Below are positions 25,211-34,841 of a stretch of 64,000 bases of DNA, one piece after another. Positions within the stretch are counted from its first letter, which is position 1. Each line of letters starts with the position of its first letter. The position numbers and the translations under genes were made by a program. The notes under the pieces were generated by a model. That model was not told the origin of the DNA. It saw only the letters and a program-made list of their open reading frames with translations, and made no database searches. Origin of the DNA: Vicinamibacterales bacterium (GTDB taxonomy: Bacteria > Acidobacteriota > Vicinamibacteria > Vicinamibacterales > UBA8438); assembly GCA_963662835.3 (NCBI GenBank), contig OZ245367.1, positions 5,163-69,162 on the forward strand, written 5' to 3'.

Positions 25211-25271
25211 CCCCGCCATTACGCCTCTGATTTAAGAAGATCCAACTTTGGATCTCGCGTAATGAGCGGGG
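25211..25271 (+). other. nested hairpin upstream of NYN gene (terminator/attenuator-like)
   Basis: The outer stem pairs CCCCGCCATTACGC with GCGTAATG(a)GCGGGG. The inner stem is AGATCCAA-ct-TTGGATCT. It is followed by CGATTTTGC, 13 nt before the ATG at 25285. Confidence 0.4.
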
Positions 25272-25284
25272 CGATTTTGCATCT

Positions 25285-25899
25285 ATGCCTGAGAAAGTTG
25301 CCATCCTCTTGGATGGTGGGTTCGTCAAGAAGAAGCTCTACAAGCACAATGGGCACTTCGCGACTGTGCGTGAGGTCACTGATCTCTGCCACGACATCAT
25401 GGCACACGACTACGTGAAGCCGGGGAAACTGTTCAGGGTCTATTACTACGACGCACCTCCATTTGAGGGACGTTCACAGAACCCTATTTCTGGTGTAAGC
25501 CTCAATTTCTCGGCGACGCCGCAGGCTGCCCAGAACAGGTCACTCATCGATTCTCTGGAACTACAACCTGATTTCGCAGTTAGGCGCGGGTCCATTATTC
25601 AATCTGGCTGGAAACTGGGGCACGCGGCTCTTCGATCACTTGCTCAGGCGACTAGGCCGGTCACGCACAACGACCTAGTTCCGGACATGACCCAAAAGGG
25701 AGTGGACATCAAAATCGGACTTGATCTCGCCTGGATTGCGCTGAAGCGCGTCGTGGATGTGATCGTCCTCGTTACGGGCGATTCTGATTTTGTTGCAGTG
25801 ATGAAATTCGCTCGAAAGGAAGGACTCAAGGTTATCCTGAATCCGATGGGGCACTCCGTTCGGAGAGAATTGAAGGCCCACGCGGATCTCGTCATTTAG
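25285..25899 (+). CDS. NYN (LabA/PIN-like) domain protein
   Basis: VAILLDGGFV at the N-terminus, then GVDIKIGLDLAWIA and VIVLVTGDSDFVAVMKFARKEG, match the NYN-domain acidic motifs. The gene is lower in GC than its flanks. Confidence 0.7.
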   Translation: MPEKVAILLDGGFVKKKLYKHNGHFATVREVTDLCHDIMAHDYVKPGKLFRVYYYDAPPFEGRSQNPISGVSLNFSATPQAAQNRSLIDSLELQPDFAVRRGSIIQSGWKLGHAALRSLAQATRPVTHNDLVPDMTQKGVDIKIGLDLAWIALKRVVDVIVLVTGDSDFVAVMKFARKEGLKVILNPMGHSVRRELKAHADLVI

Positions 25900-25900
25900 T

Positions 25901-27864
25901 CCGAAGTTTCGGCGCTGATCGCGTGTAAGTCCCTGATGTCATGTTAGTTGTCCGGTTTCATGGGGTGTCGGTTCTGGCTACATTCGGGGCGTCACCCCCA
26001 GGAGTTCGAAGCAGCGCCGCTGGAGCGGCGTGGGCTGTGTCTGCAGCGTGAAGGTGGCGTCGCCGCCAGCGACCTGCATCGTGTTCGCCGCCAGCGTGCC
26101 GAGGTCGGTGAGCAGGGTGCGGAAGCTGTGCACCGGCAGGTCGTCTTCCGTGCGTTTGCGGCCGGCCTTGGCCAGCGCCGCGGGCGAGCGGCGGGCGGGG
26201 GCGACGACGGACGTGCGTTGCTGCTCGGCCGCGGCCGGGTCGTGGTCGTCGAAGAGCAGCGGGGCGAGAGCCCGGCGCATGTGCCACTCGACGTAGTAGG
26301 CCAGCATGCACAGCAGGACGTGGGCCCGCACCCTGTCGGCTCGGCGATGGTGGAGGGGCCGCACCTTCAGGTCGACCGACTTGAAGCAGCGAAACGCGCG
26401 CTCGACTTTCGCCAGGTCCTTGTAGGCGCGGACCGTCTGCGCCGCATCGAACCGCTCCGGCTCGACGTTGGAGCGGACGATGTAGATGCCGTCGAGCTGC
26501 TGCTCGGCCGCGATCTTCTCCTCGTTGCGGCGATAGGTGAAGCGCTCGTCGGTGATCTCGGTCACGAAGTGCTTGGCCATCTTGTAGCGATTGATTACCT
26601 TCCCGACGCGCAGGCCGATGTCGGCCGCGCCGCGCAGGGGTTCGTTCTCGCGCCGGGTCGCGGCCACGATGGGCTCGAGGTCCTCCTCGGTGGCTGCCAG
26701 CAGCTCTTCTCGCTTGCGCTGTCGTTGGGCGGCCAGCAGCGGATTGCGGCACACGATGAGCCGCTCGCCGGGGAACTCGTCGCTGGTGACCTCGGCCAGC
26801 TCCCGCTCGTCGAACAGGGACGGCGTGACCGTGCCGGCGTTGACGAGCTTGCGGATGGTCGGTGCGCGTAGCGTGGTGGTCCAGCGCAGTCCCTCGACGC
26901 CCGCCAGGTCCTCGCGGATGCGCGCCGCCGTCAGCATCCCCCGGTCGCCCACCAGCACGACCTGCTGCAAGCCGAACCGGTCGCGGATCTTCGCCACCTG
27001 GCTGGCCACCGTCAGCGGGTCGGCCGTCGAGCCCTCGAAGACCTCGACGGCCACCGGGCAGCCCTCGGCCGTGCACAGCAGCCCGAAGACGACCTGCAAC
27101 GTGCCCTTCTTGCCGTCGCGGCTGTGCCCGCGCTGGGCCAGCGCGCAGTGGGAGCCCTCCACGTAGCTGGAGGTCAGGTCGTAGAGCACCAGGGTGTGCT
27201 CTCGAAGGTGCCGCTTGGCGAGTCGTCGCTCGATGCCGTCTTGCCGCTCGACCAGCCAGTCCATCGCCGCGTAGAGCTCATGCGGGTCGACGTCGCCGAG
27301 TCCGAGCAGTTCGCCCAGGGTGGACACGGCGCTCTCGGCGGTCAGGGCGCGGGCGGTGGCTAGTTTCGACCGCGCGTCGATGACACGGGCAACGATGAGG
27401 GCGAGGACGAGGTCGCGGAGGCGGCTGGTGCCCCGGGCGATCAGCGTGTGCAATCCGAGTTGCTGGAGCGTGCCGAGCACGGCAGCGACGTGGCCGTGGG
27501 GCAGGCTGCGGACGCAGGTGAAGGCGTCGTCGGGATTGACGAGCTGCTCACCGCGGAGGACGCGGCGCAGCACATCGATGGCGGGTTGGGGCAGCTTGGA
27601 GAGATTGGCGAGGGTGCGCTTTTTGACGCGGCGGCCGTCGCGGTAGGACTCTCGGAGGAGGACTGCGGGCGGCGAGGAGCGGTTGGGCACGCTCTCGATA
27701 TACATGACCACCTATTGTCGCATACCGCTCCCATCATAAAAAGACTACCGCACCACCATAAACACCACAATACATGGCTACATATCGCGCCTCAGGCCAC
27801 CCCGGAAATCCCACAACCCCTGTCGATTCTATGAGTTAGACCGACACAGGCCCTGAAACTTCGG
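25901..27864 (-). mobile_element. IS1634-family insertion sequence, intact
   Basis: Terminal inverted repeats CCGAAGTTTC and GAAACTTCGG. A 6-bp direct duplication TTTAGT lies at 25895-25900 and 27865-27870. There is a single 577-aa transposase ORF. Confidence 0.8.
25978..27711 (-). CDS. IS1634-family (IS4-superfamily) DDE transposase
   Basis: MVMYIESVPNRSSPPAVLLRESYRDGRRVKKRTLANLSKLP is the N-terminus typical of this family. The ORF is an uninterrupted 577 aa. Confidence 0.75.
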   Translation of the reverse strand: MVMYIESVPNRSSPPAVLLRESYRDGRRVKKRTLANLSKLPQPAIDVLRRVLRGEQLVNPDDAFTCVRSLPHGHVAAVLGTLQQLGLHTLIARGTSRLRDLVLALIVARVIDARSKLATARALTAESAVSTLGELLGLGDVDPHELYAAMDWLVERQDGIERRLAKRHLREHTLVLYDLTSSYVEGSHCALAQRGHSRDGKKGTLQVVFGLLCTAEGCPVAVEVFEGSTADPLTVASQVAKIRDRFGLQQVVLVGDRGMLTAARIREDLAGVEGLRWTTTLRAPTIRKLVNAGTVTPSLFDERELAEVTSDEFPGERLIVCRNPLLAAQRQRKREELLAATEEDLEPIVAATRRENEPLRGAADIGLRVGKVINRYKMAKHFVTEITDERFTYRRNEEKIAAEQQLDGIYIVRSNVEPERFDAAQTVRAYKDLAKVERAFRCFKSVDLKVRPLHHRRADRVRAHVLLCMLAYYVEWHMRRALAPLLFDDHDPAAAEQQRTSVVAPARRSPAALAKAGRKRTEDDLPVHSFRTLLTDLGTLAANTMQVAGGDATFTLQTQPTPLQRRCFELLGVTPRM

Positions 27865-28001
27865 TTTAGTGTCAGCGAGCAGGTTGGCCAGCTGGATCGA
27901 GCGGCACGCATCCCGGGGGGTGGGCGTCCAATAAACCGCATCACTGCTCCGCACGTTCGGGGCCCGCTCAATCACTCCCCTGACGACCGCCTCGTCGACG
28001 G

Positions 28002-29711
28002 CTACCGTTCGGCATTAAGATCATCGCCAGGCGACAGATCATCCGGGTCGTAGTCTTCATCGCGTAGCCGGACCCCGCCGGCGTCGATGGAGCGCTTGGG
28101 TATCCACACCCGGAGCTTCCTGGCGATCAGCTTGCACCGCTCCCGGAAAAACCGATCGTAATCGTCCTCCCACACTCCGAACGTATCAAGATCGATCAGG
28201 TGCGTCTTCATCGTGTCCCCGAGGTGCGGGTTTTCCATCCTGAACGCCTTCATGTAGACAGACGGAGCCTTCGCCTTGATCTCCCGCTTATTGAGATAGT
28301 CGTCCACAATCGTGATGTTGGCAACGTGGTTGATATACCAGGGATCCTGGTCGTGTTCCTTTAGGTAAGCCCGAGGAAAGAAATGATGATAATTCTTACT
28401 GTTGGCCCGCTTCAGCCAATCATTAGCGACGCGCACCTTGGCGCCGGATGCGAAAGACTCTGGTTGCTGGTACGCATACAGGCAGAGAATCGCCTTGATA
28501 AAGCTGCGTCCAGTGTTGAAGTACCCATCTGATTCGATTGAGTCGGCGCTGAGATCCACGCCTTCGTCGTAGTCGGGCTCTTTGCCCTGTAGCGCCGCCT
28601 CGACCCGCTTGATGTCAACAGCGAGCTTTGCCTCGACAGCTGACGTGTACCGGCCGGAGAGCGAGATTCTCCAGAACAGTTCTCGCATCCACTTGCGCTG
28701 GTTTCCCTTCGGATCCTTGTCCGCTTTGGCAAAGAAGTACCCGAATGGCACAATTAACGCTGCGTACGGTAGGAGCTTCGATACCGGAATCCGGAAGTAG
28801 CTCCGGAAATAGTCACACGCCGCTTCGACAGCCCCCTCGACCGTTTTCCAGGTCTTGCGGAACTCGGCCGTATTTAGCCGTAGTATGTCCTGCTTCTGGC
28901 ATTGACCGACCATGAGCAGACTGGTAAGTTGGAGTAGCGTTGCCGGTGGGACGGTGCCGTAGTCCACGGCTTCCAGCCGCGTTCGTAGCGCCTTGTATCG
29001 CTCAGCCAGGTCAAATTCAGTCTTCTGGTCATAAGTCTTGGCGACCATGATCTCGAAGACCGAAAGTGGCTGCCCGCTGACGTTGATTCGCGTGAAGATT
29101 TCCGTGGCGACGTCAATCGGTGCATCTTGGATCAGGATCACCGAGAACTGGTAGGTCTGAAGCCGCTTCTGGTAGGTCTGGAGTCGACGTCGGCGCTCGG
29201 CGTTGAGGTTCACGAGCAGTTCGAACTCGCCGTTGAGCAGGTCGACCAGACGGACGCAATGGCCGTCTTTGTCGGCCGAAGCGACATCGCCCTGAGGGGC
29301 GATGGCCACGAGCGGCGCCTCCGCGCCATCGCCAGCGTCGGCATCCAGATCCACAAAGATGTTTCGGAAGTCGTCGAGCCGCTCGTCTCGGGTGACGGGG
29401 AGTCCATTGCAGGCAGCGTAGAGACTCGTAAGCCGTTGCTGGCCGTCCAGGACCTGCTCGGAGTAGTCTCCTCTGGGGGTCGGGGGAAGCGTCTGTCCTC
29501 CAATCTCTTTCACGAAGCGGAGTTGCTCCTTCGTCTTCCACAGGATGAACGTGCCGATCGGGAAGCCCTTCAGGATGCTGTCGATCAGTTTGGCCGATTT
29601 CTCCCGTGGCCACACGAACTCGCGCTGAAACTGGGGGATCTTGAGTGTTCCGAACTGGATACTCGACATTACCTTTTCAAAACTCCGCGATTGCGGGTCC
29701 GGCTGGTTCAT
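28002..29711 (-). CDS. GmrSD-type DUF262/DUF1524 protein (type IV restriction-like)
   Basis: The N-terminal FQREFVW...DGQQRLTSL is the DUF262 ParB-like motif. The C-terminal NYHHFFPRAYL...HVANITIV..YLNKREI is the DUF1524 His-Me finger. The gene is lower in GC. Confidence 0.8.
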   Translation of the reverse strand: MNQPDPQSRSFEKVMSSIQFGTLKIPQFQREFVWPREKSAKLIDSILKGFPIGTFILWKTKEQLRFVKEIGGQTLPPTPRGDYSEQVLDGQQRLTSLYAACNGLPVTRDERLDDFRNIFVDLDADAGDGAEAPLVAIAPQGDVASADKDGHCVRLVDLLNGEFELLVNLNAERRRRLQTYQKRLQTYQFSVILIQDAPIDVATEIFTRINVSGQPLSVFEIMVAKTYDQKTEFDLAERYKALRTRLEAVDYGTVPPATLLQLTSLLMVGQCQKQDILRLNTAEFRKTWKTVEGAVEAACDYFRSYFRIPVSKLLPYAALIVPFGYFFAKADKDPKGNQRKWMRELFWRISLSGRYTSAVEAKLAVDIKRVEAALQGKEPDYDEGVDLSADSIESDGYFNTGRSFIKAILCLYAYQQPESFASGAKVRVANDWLKRANSKNYHHFFPRAYLKEHDQDPWYINHVANITIVDDYLNKREIKAKAPSVYMKAFRMENPHLGDTMKTHLIDLDTFGVWEDDYDRFFRERCKLIARKLRVWIPKRSIDAGGVRLRDEDYDPDDLSPGDDLNAER

Positions 29712-31749
29712 CGATGCCTCCGGGGCGTTTTTCAGGACCGTTCGGTCGGTCCATCTATTCTGCCGTTCGTGCGACGCGTCTGGCTCATGGTCTCATAGCC
29801 GGAACCCACCGTGCCCGGCGCAGCGCGCGGGGGCTGCTCGATTCCCTGTCCGGGGGCTTCCTTCGATCTGGACGCTCCGGTGTGACAACCACCGCTCGTG
29901 CTGCCGGCATCGTCTCGCCCTCCCTTCGGAAGGGCGTAGCGTGCGGCCATCAGGGCTACCGATGATGGGGTGGACGCCTCCCCCCGAACGGCATCGCAAT
30001 GTGCCAAGGTGGAGATGTCGTCAACGCACCACCTGGAGGAGGGAGGCATCCAGTGGAACAAGCTACCATCATCGGCATCGATCTGGCGAAGCGCAGTTTT
30101 CAACTTCACGGCACCCGGGCGGACGGGTCGGTTGCTTTCCGCAAGAAGCTGAGCCGGGACAGGTTGCTGGAGTTTGTGGCGTCTCATCTTCCGTGCATCG
30201 TCGCGATGGAGGCGTGCGCGAGTTCGCACCACTGGGGCCGAGAGATCGGGAAGCTCGGCCACGAGGTGAAGCTGGTCCCGCCGATCTACGTGAAGCCGTT
30301 CGTGAAACGGCAGAAGAACGACGCGTCCGACGCGGAGGCGATCTGCGAGGCGGCCTCGCGTCCGACGATGCGCTTCGTGGCAGTGAAGACGCGGGAGCAG
30401 CAGGCTCAGGGCATGCTGTTCCGCACGCGCGATCTGCTGGTTCGCCAGCGCACGCAGACGATCAACGCGCTGCGGGGACATTTTGCGGAGTTCGGCGCCG
30501 TCGCGCCGCAAGGGCCGGCCCATGTGGAGCGGCTGGCGGAGGCGATTGAAGATGCCGATTCGGGGCTGCCGCGCCCGGTTCGGGAACTGGGCGCGCTGCT
30601 GTTCGTTCAGATCGCCGAGCTCGACGAGAAGATCGCGGAACTCGAGCAGGAAATGCGTGAGCGGGCGCGCGAAGACGAACAGACGGTGCGGCTGATGAGC
30701 GTCCCCGGGATCGGGCCGCTGTGCGCGATGGCGATCCAGGCCTTCGCGCCGCCGATGGAGAGCTTCCGGCACGGCCGGGACTTCTCGGCCTGGTTGGGCC
30801 TGGTTCCCCGGCAGAGCTCGACCGGCGGGAAGCCGAAGCTCGGCAAGATATCGAAGATGGGTCAGCGCGATCTCCGGCGGCTGTTGGTCTCCGGCGCGAT
30901 GGTGATGGTCGGCTGGGCGGTGTGGCGCGGCACAAAGGACCCGTGGCTGGCCCGGATGCTGGCGCGCAAGCCGCGCATGCTGGTCGCGGTGGCGCTGGCC
31001 AACCGGATGGCGCGCATCGCCTGGGCGCTGATGACGAAGAACGAATACTACCGCGCGCCGTTGCCGACCGTCTGAGAAGGCAGGAGCCGGTGCGGCGACG
31101 TCGGGAATGCGAGCAGGTCGGAAGAGGGTAAGGGCAAACGGTCAATGAGACGGGGTCGGGAAAACCAGCGAAACGCTCACGTGCCTTCGAGCACACACCG
31201 ACGATCTTGGACTCGACCCGCGTATCTCCATACAGGCCCGCGGCGTATGACGTGCCGCAATCAATGAGGCCGGACACACGACAGCACCTGACCGCATGCA
31301 CCGGACCATCTGAAGAAAATGGGATCTCCCGACACAGCGCACGGTCGCCCGCGGCCGTCAAGCCGCTGCGCGGCTCCTCCACTCCGTTCCGGCCCTTGCG
31401 GGTGACTGCCGCGGCCGACCGTGCGGGAAGCCCCTTGCGGGCCAGCCGGGAGGCTGGCCCTTCGTTCAAGGGTAACAATCGTGGCGCTTGGAGAGCCACT
31501 CCGATGTCGCGGAGCACCACTGGAGCAGACTGAGGGCAGAAGGAGGAGACTCAGAAAGGGCTTGCATTTTCGGAGGCGTCCACACACGAGCGCTTCACGA
31601 TGACCGGAATCGGCGTTCAACTTCGGCTGGATTCGGCGTTCAAGATCCCCCGGACAAACGCAGCAACGCCACCGACCAGGCGTCGAGGCCCGGCGCGCGC
31701 CCGGACCGGCTCGCCGCGCAGGATTGCCGGTCGCCTCCTGCTCGCCACC
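29712..31749 (+). mobile_element. IS110-family element (boundaries not resolved)
   Basis: A transposase gene is flanked by 341 bp (upstream) and 674 bp (downstream) of non-coding, hairpin-rich DNA. I found no inverted repeats or duplication, as expected for this family. Confidence 0.5.
30053..31075 (+). CDS. IS110-family DEDD transposase/recombinase
   Basis: GTG start. IIGIDLAKRSF, VAMEACASSHHW and KNDASDAEAI form the DEDD RuvC-like N-domain. SVPGIGPL..AWLGLVPRQSSTGGKPKLGKISKMG forms the C-terminal Tnp domain. Confidence 0.85.
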   Translation: MEQATIIGIDLAKRSFQLHGTRADGSVAFRKKLSRDRLLEFVASHLPCIVAMEACASSHHWGREIGKLGHEVKLVPPIYVKPFVKRQKNDASDAEAICEAASRPTMRFVAVKTREQQAQGMLFRTRDLLVRQRTQTINALRGHFAEFGAVAPQGPAHVERLAEAIEDADSGLPRPVRELGALLFVQIAELDEKIAELEQEMRERAREDEQTVRLMSVPGIGPLCAMAIQAFAPPMESFRHGRDFSAWLGLVPRQSSTGGKPKLGKISKMGQRDLRRLLVSGAMVMVGWAVWRGTKDPWLARMLARKPRMLVAVALANRMARIAWALMTKNEYYRAPLPTV

Positions 31750-32106
31750 TCACCAGCGCAGGCAGGGGTCGCCGACATCCTCGAGAAGCGGGACGGCCAC
31801 CGGGACGCCGTCGAGAGCGTCGTTGTCAGCCGCGTGCTCGTCGAGCATTGCGGTGACGGCGACTTCGGCTGCGTTCAGCGCGTGCTTGAGCAGCCACCAG
31901 CGGCGCCTCGTGCAGTGGATGCAGCGCTGATAGCCGGCGTGCACGAAGCGCCCGCAGGTGCCGGCATCGATGGGCAGGTCCACACCGACACAGAGCAGCT
32001 TGCGCTGCTCGCGGACGCGGCGCATGTAGTGGCGTTTGGCGATGCGTTTGCGCAGCCGGCGCAGCTGTCGCCGTTGCTCCGGGCGGAGCAGGTCGATGAG
32101 CGTCAT
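31750..32106 (-). CDS. hypothetical Cys-containing protein
   Basis: MTLIDLLRPEQRRQLRRLRKRIAKRHY..CGRFVHAGYQRCIHC, with GGAGGA upstream of the ATG. It is the last gene of the mobA-repB strand block. Confidence 0.45.
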   Translation of the reverse strand: MTLIDLLRPEQRRQLRRLRKRIAKRHYMRRVREQRKLLCVGVDLPIDAGTCGRFVHAGYQRCIHCTRRRWWLLKHALNAAEVAVTAMLDEHAADNDALDGVPVAVPLLEDVGDPCLRW

Positions 32107-32371
32107 GGGTCGTCCTCCGGGCGGTGAACGCGGCGTTGTCGACGGCGCGTGCACCGATGGCCGTTCCAGTCCGCCGTCGGGGCCGGCGGCCGGGCGGGCG
32201 GTTGCGTTGGGTCGGCGGGAGCGTCAGCCGTTCATCGAGGCGGGGAGCTCGGCGGCGGGGGCGATGTCGGCGGGGCCGGACTCGGGGGCTGTGGCGCGGG
32301 CGAGCTCGAAGCCGGGCGGCGCCCAGCGGAGCGCCCGCTGGCCGCGGCGGGTGATCACGGCCAGGCGGATC

Positions 32372-33058
32372 TCAGAGCCATCGGCACACCAGCTGGCGCT
32401 GGCCGTGCTGGCTCTGGCGGGCTCGCTGGCCGGGCGCACTCGGGATGCCGGCGCGGCGCTTGCCCGTCGGGATCTCCTGGCAGAGCGTCTCGGCGATCCA
32501 CGCCGTCACGGCGTCGGCCGCCGCGGCGTCGCCGCCGTAGCCTCCCGCGACGGCGCATTCGATGACGTGAGCGTCGAACGGGCTGTCGCCCTGGTCGGCC
32601 AGCGCGGCGCTCACGGCCGCCTCGTCGAGCTCGCGGGCGAAGTGGGCCATCGCGGGCTCGTCGAGGTACGCGGCGACGGACCGCGGATCCGTCCCCGCGA
32701 GCCGCCTCGCCGGGCGCAGCCGCCCGTCGGGCCACACCAGCCAGTGGCGCGCCGGCGCCGGCCCGGCGGTGCGGACCAGGCTCCCGATTGGCACGGGCCG
32801 CGGCCAGGCCGGGTCGAGGAGCATTCCCGTCCAGGGCTCTCGGCCGGCGACGACGTCGCTCAGCACGAGGGCGGGCTCGGGCACCCACGGGTCCGGCGTC
32901 TCGTGCCGCACCGCGCGCGGGTCGGCGCCGGCCAGCTGCGCGAGCCGCCTGGGCGTAAGCCCGCGGGGTCTGACCCGGGTGTTCCTGAGCGGCCGTCCGG
33001 CGCGGCCGGCCGCGTAGTCTTCGGGGCGTGTGGGCGCACTCGGATGCAGTCCGAACAT
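32372..33058 (-). CDS. hypothetical protein
   Basis: A 228-aa ORF with AAAGGAG upstream of the ATG. The 3' end may be frameshifted into ORF 32224-32439. Confidence 0.45.
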   Translation of the reverse strand: MFGLHPSAPTRPEDYAAGRAGRPLRNTRVRPRGLTPRRLAQLAGADPRAVRHETPDPWVPEPALVLSDVVAGREPWTGMLLDPAWPRPVPIGSLVRTAGPAPARHWLVWPDGRLRPARRLAGTDPRSVAAYLDEPAMAHFARELDEAAVSAALADQGDSPFDAHVIECAVAGGYGGDAAAADAVTAWIAETLCQEIPTGKRRAGIPSAPGQRARQSQHGQRQLVCRWL

Positions 33059-33109
33059 GGTTCGATACTCCTTTCGACGAGAGAGGTGCCGGGGCTTCCG
33101 GCGGTTGCG

Positions 33110-33470
33110 TTACCTGGGGAAGCAGCGCCCGGAGACGGTCGCTGCGCCTGACGTTGCTGCAGGCACCCCATCTCCGTGAAGCTGCAGCAGCGCGTGTCGG
33201 CCGATCACGTGGTCGACGACCGCGATGCCCATCAGCGTGCCGGCCTGCCGCAGCCGCTCGGTCAGGGCGACGTCGTCGACGCTCGGAGTGGGGTCACCCT
33301 GTACGGGTGGTCGTGGAAGGGCACGATGGCAGCCGCGCAGTGCGTCGCCGCCGTCCGGAAGACCTCCCGGGGATGGACGAGGCTGAGGATCGCGATCAGC
33401 TCCTCGTCGACCAGCGCGCCCGCGCCGGGGCGCTCGAGCCGTTCGCGGCCACCAAGCCGCCGCCTGCCCG
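33110..33470 (-). pseudogene. RadC/JAB-like gene remnant (internal deletion + frameshift)
   Basis: [11 protein letters not shown], then [24 protein letters not shown]. After a frame change the sequence reads [32 protein letters not shown]. This is collinear with the RadC HNHPSG..PS..D..T motifs but much shorter. Confidence 0.5.
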
Positions 33471-33493
33471 CGGCGCGTTCGTCCTGCGCCCGC

Positions 33494-34102
33494 TCATGCG
33501 CGGCTCCGCCGGCGAGCGATGTTCCGGCGCCACCGGCGCAGCGCGGCCCGCGACCGGGGCTTGGTCGGGCCGGGCCGCTCGACCGGCTCGTTGGCGAGCC
33601 ACTCGGCCACGCCGGGCGCCGCGGCGTGGCCGCCGTGCGCTTCGAGCACCTGGCGCAGCGCCGCCTCCGGGCTTCGCTTCGCCGCGGCCCGCAGCCGCGT
33701 GAGCGCGAGCCCGCCGTTCGCCGGGTCGTCGTCGTCGTCGATCCACTCGTCGTACATCACGGTCCCGGCGGGCGTCACGCGGTAGACGCGCCAGCCGCGC
33801 GCGTCCAGCGTGTCGGTCCGGGCGAGGAGGGCGGACCCGATCGGCACGCTCGGCGCCCGCCCGGGCCGGCCCCGCAGCGGGTTGCCGTACGCCGCCCCGG
33901 CGGGCGTCTCGGTCGCCTCGGCCGCGTAGAGGCGGCGCGTCAGCACCGCGCCGACCTTGATGCGGACCGCCGGCGCGCCGTCGCCATCGGGCTCCAGCTT
34001 GGCGTAGACGGGCCGCCCCGGCGCGTCTTCGCCAAGCTCGACCGCGAGCAGCAGCTCCGCCCGGGCCGGGACCTGCTGGGGGTCCAGCCGCACGTCGTTC
34101 AT
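33494..34102 (-). CDS. hypothetical protein
   Basis: A 202-aa ORF starting MNDVRLDPQQ, with a strong GGAAAGGAG upstream. I recognised no motif. Confidence 0.5.
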   Translation of the reverse strand: MNDVRLDPQQVPARAELLLAVELGEDAPGRPVYAKLEPDGDGAPAVRIKVGAVLTRRLYAAEATETPAGAAYGNPLRGRPGRAPSVPIGSALLARTDTLDARGWRVYRVTPAGTVMYDEWIDDDDDPANGGLALTRLRAAAKRSPEAALRQVLEAHGGHAAAPGVAEWLANEPVERPGPTKPRSRAALRRWRRNIARRRSRA

Positions 34103-34399
34103 CGCTTCGCTCCTTTCCCTGGGTCGTGGGGCCTCTGCCCGGTCGCGTGGTCCGTCTTGCCGCGCACAGCGCGGCAAAAAAAAGCGCGCATAGCGCGCGC
34201 GATTTTCCCGTGCCGGCCACCTGGGCGGAGGCGGCCGGGAGGGGTGGACCGGGGGCGAGGGGCAAGGGGTCGGGGTCACATGATGGATCGATGGTACCGC
34301 CCCCCCAGCTCCCCACCTGTGCACCCTGACGGGCCGTTTTCCGGAGGTCGGGGCGCGAACCCTGGCAAGCAGTTCGCCAGCCGGGGCTGCTGTCGCGAC

Positions 34400-34840
34400 C
34401 TAGTAGGGCGACCCGGTCGGCCTGGTCCAGCTCTCGTATGTCCGGTTGCCCTGGGCTTGCAGCTCGACGAGCTTCCAGCCGTCGTACTCGAGGCAGGCAG
34501 GCTCGAATAGCCAGCCGAACCGCTCGCTGATGTCGGTCCTGAACCAGCTGCCGGAGAACAGCGCCGCGGCGGCGATGCCCTCGAGCAGCAGGTCTCCCGC
34601 GACCTGGGCGTAGGCGTCGGCGTGCTCGTCCTTGTACGCCCGGTCGCTCGACCACATCCACTGCAGCTCGGGGGCGGTCTTCTCCCTGATCCAGTCGAAC
34701 GACCAACCGAGGCTGTGCTGCTTCTCGCCGCCGCGGGCCTCGCGGTACGCGGCCATGAAGCTGCGGCCTAGCAGCAGGGCGCGCATCGCCTCGCGCTCCG
34801 GCCTGTCTACAGCGGTCCCCCACGAGGCGATCGTCGACAT
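34400..34840 (-). CDS. hypothetical protein
   Basis: A 146-aa ORF whose start is coupled to the repB stop (TGAGATG), with AAGGAAGGA upstream. Confidence 0.5.
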   Translation of the reverse strand: MSTIASWGTAVDRPEREAMRALLLGRSFMAAYREARGGEKQHSLGWSFDWIREKTAPELQWMWSSDRAYKDEHADAYAQVAGDLLLEGIAAAALFSGSWFRTDISERFGWLFEPACLEYDGWKLVELQAQGNRTYESWTRPTGSPY

Positions 34841-34841
34841 C

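Noticed and set aside
32224-32439. A 71-aa ORF overlapping the 3' end of 32372-33058.
   Set aside because: It is probably the frameshifted continuation of the 228-aa gene rather than an independent gene. I could not decide by eye, so I did not list it as a feature.
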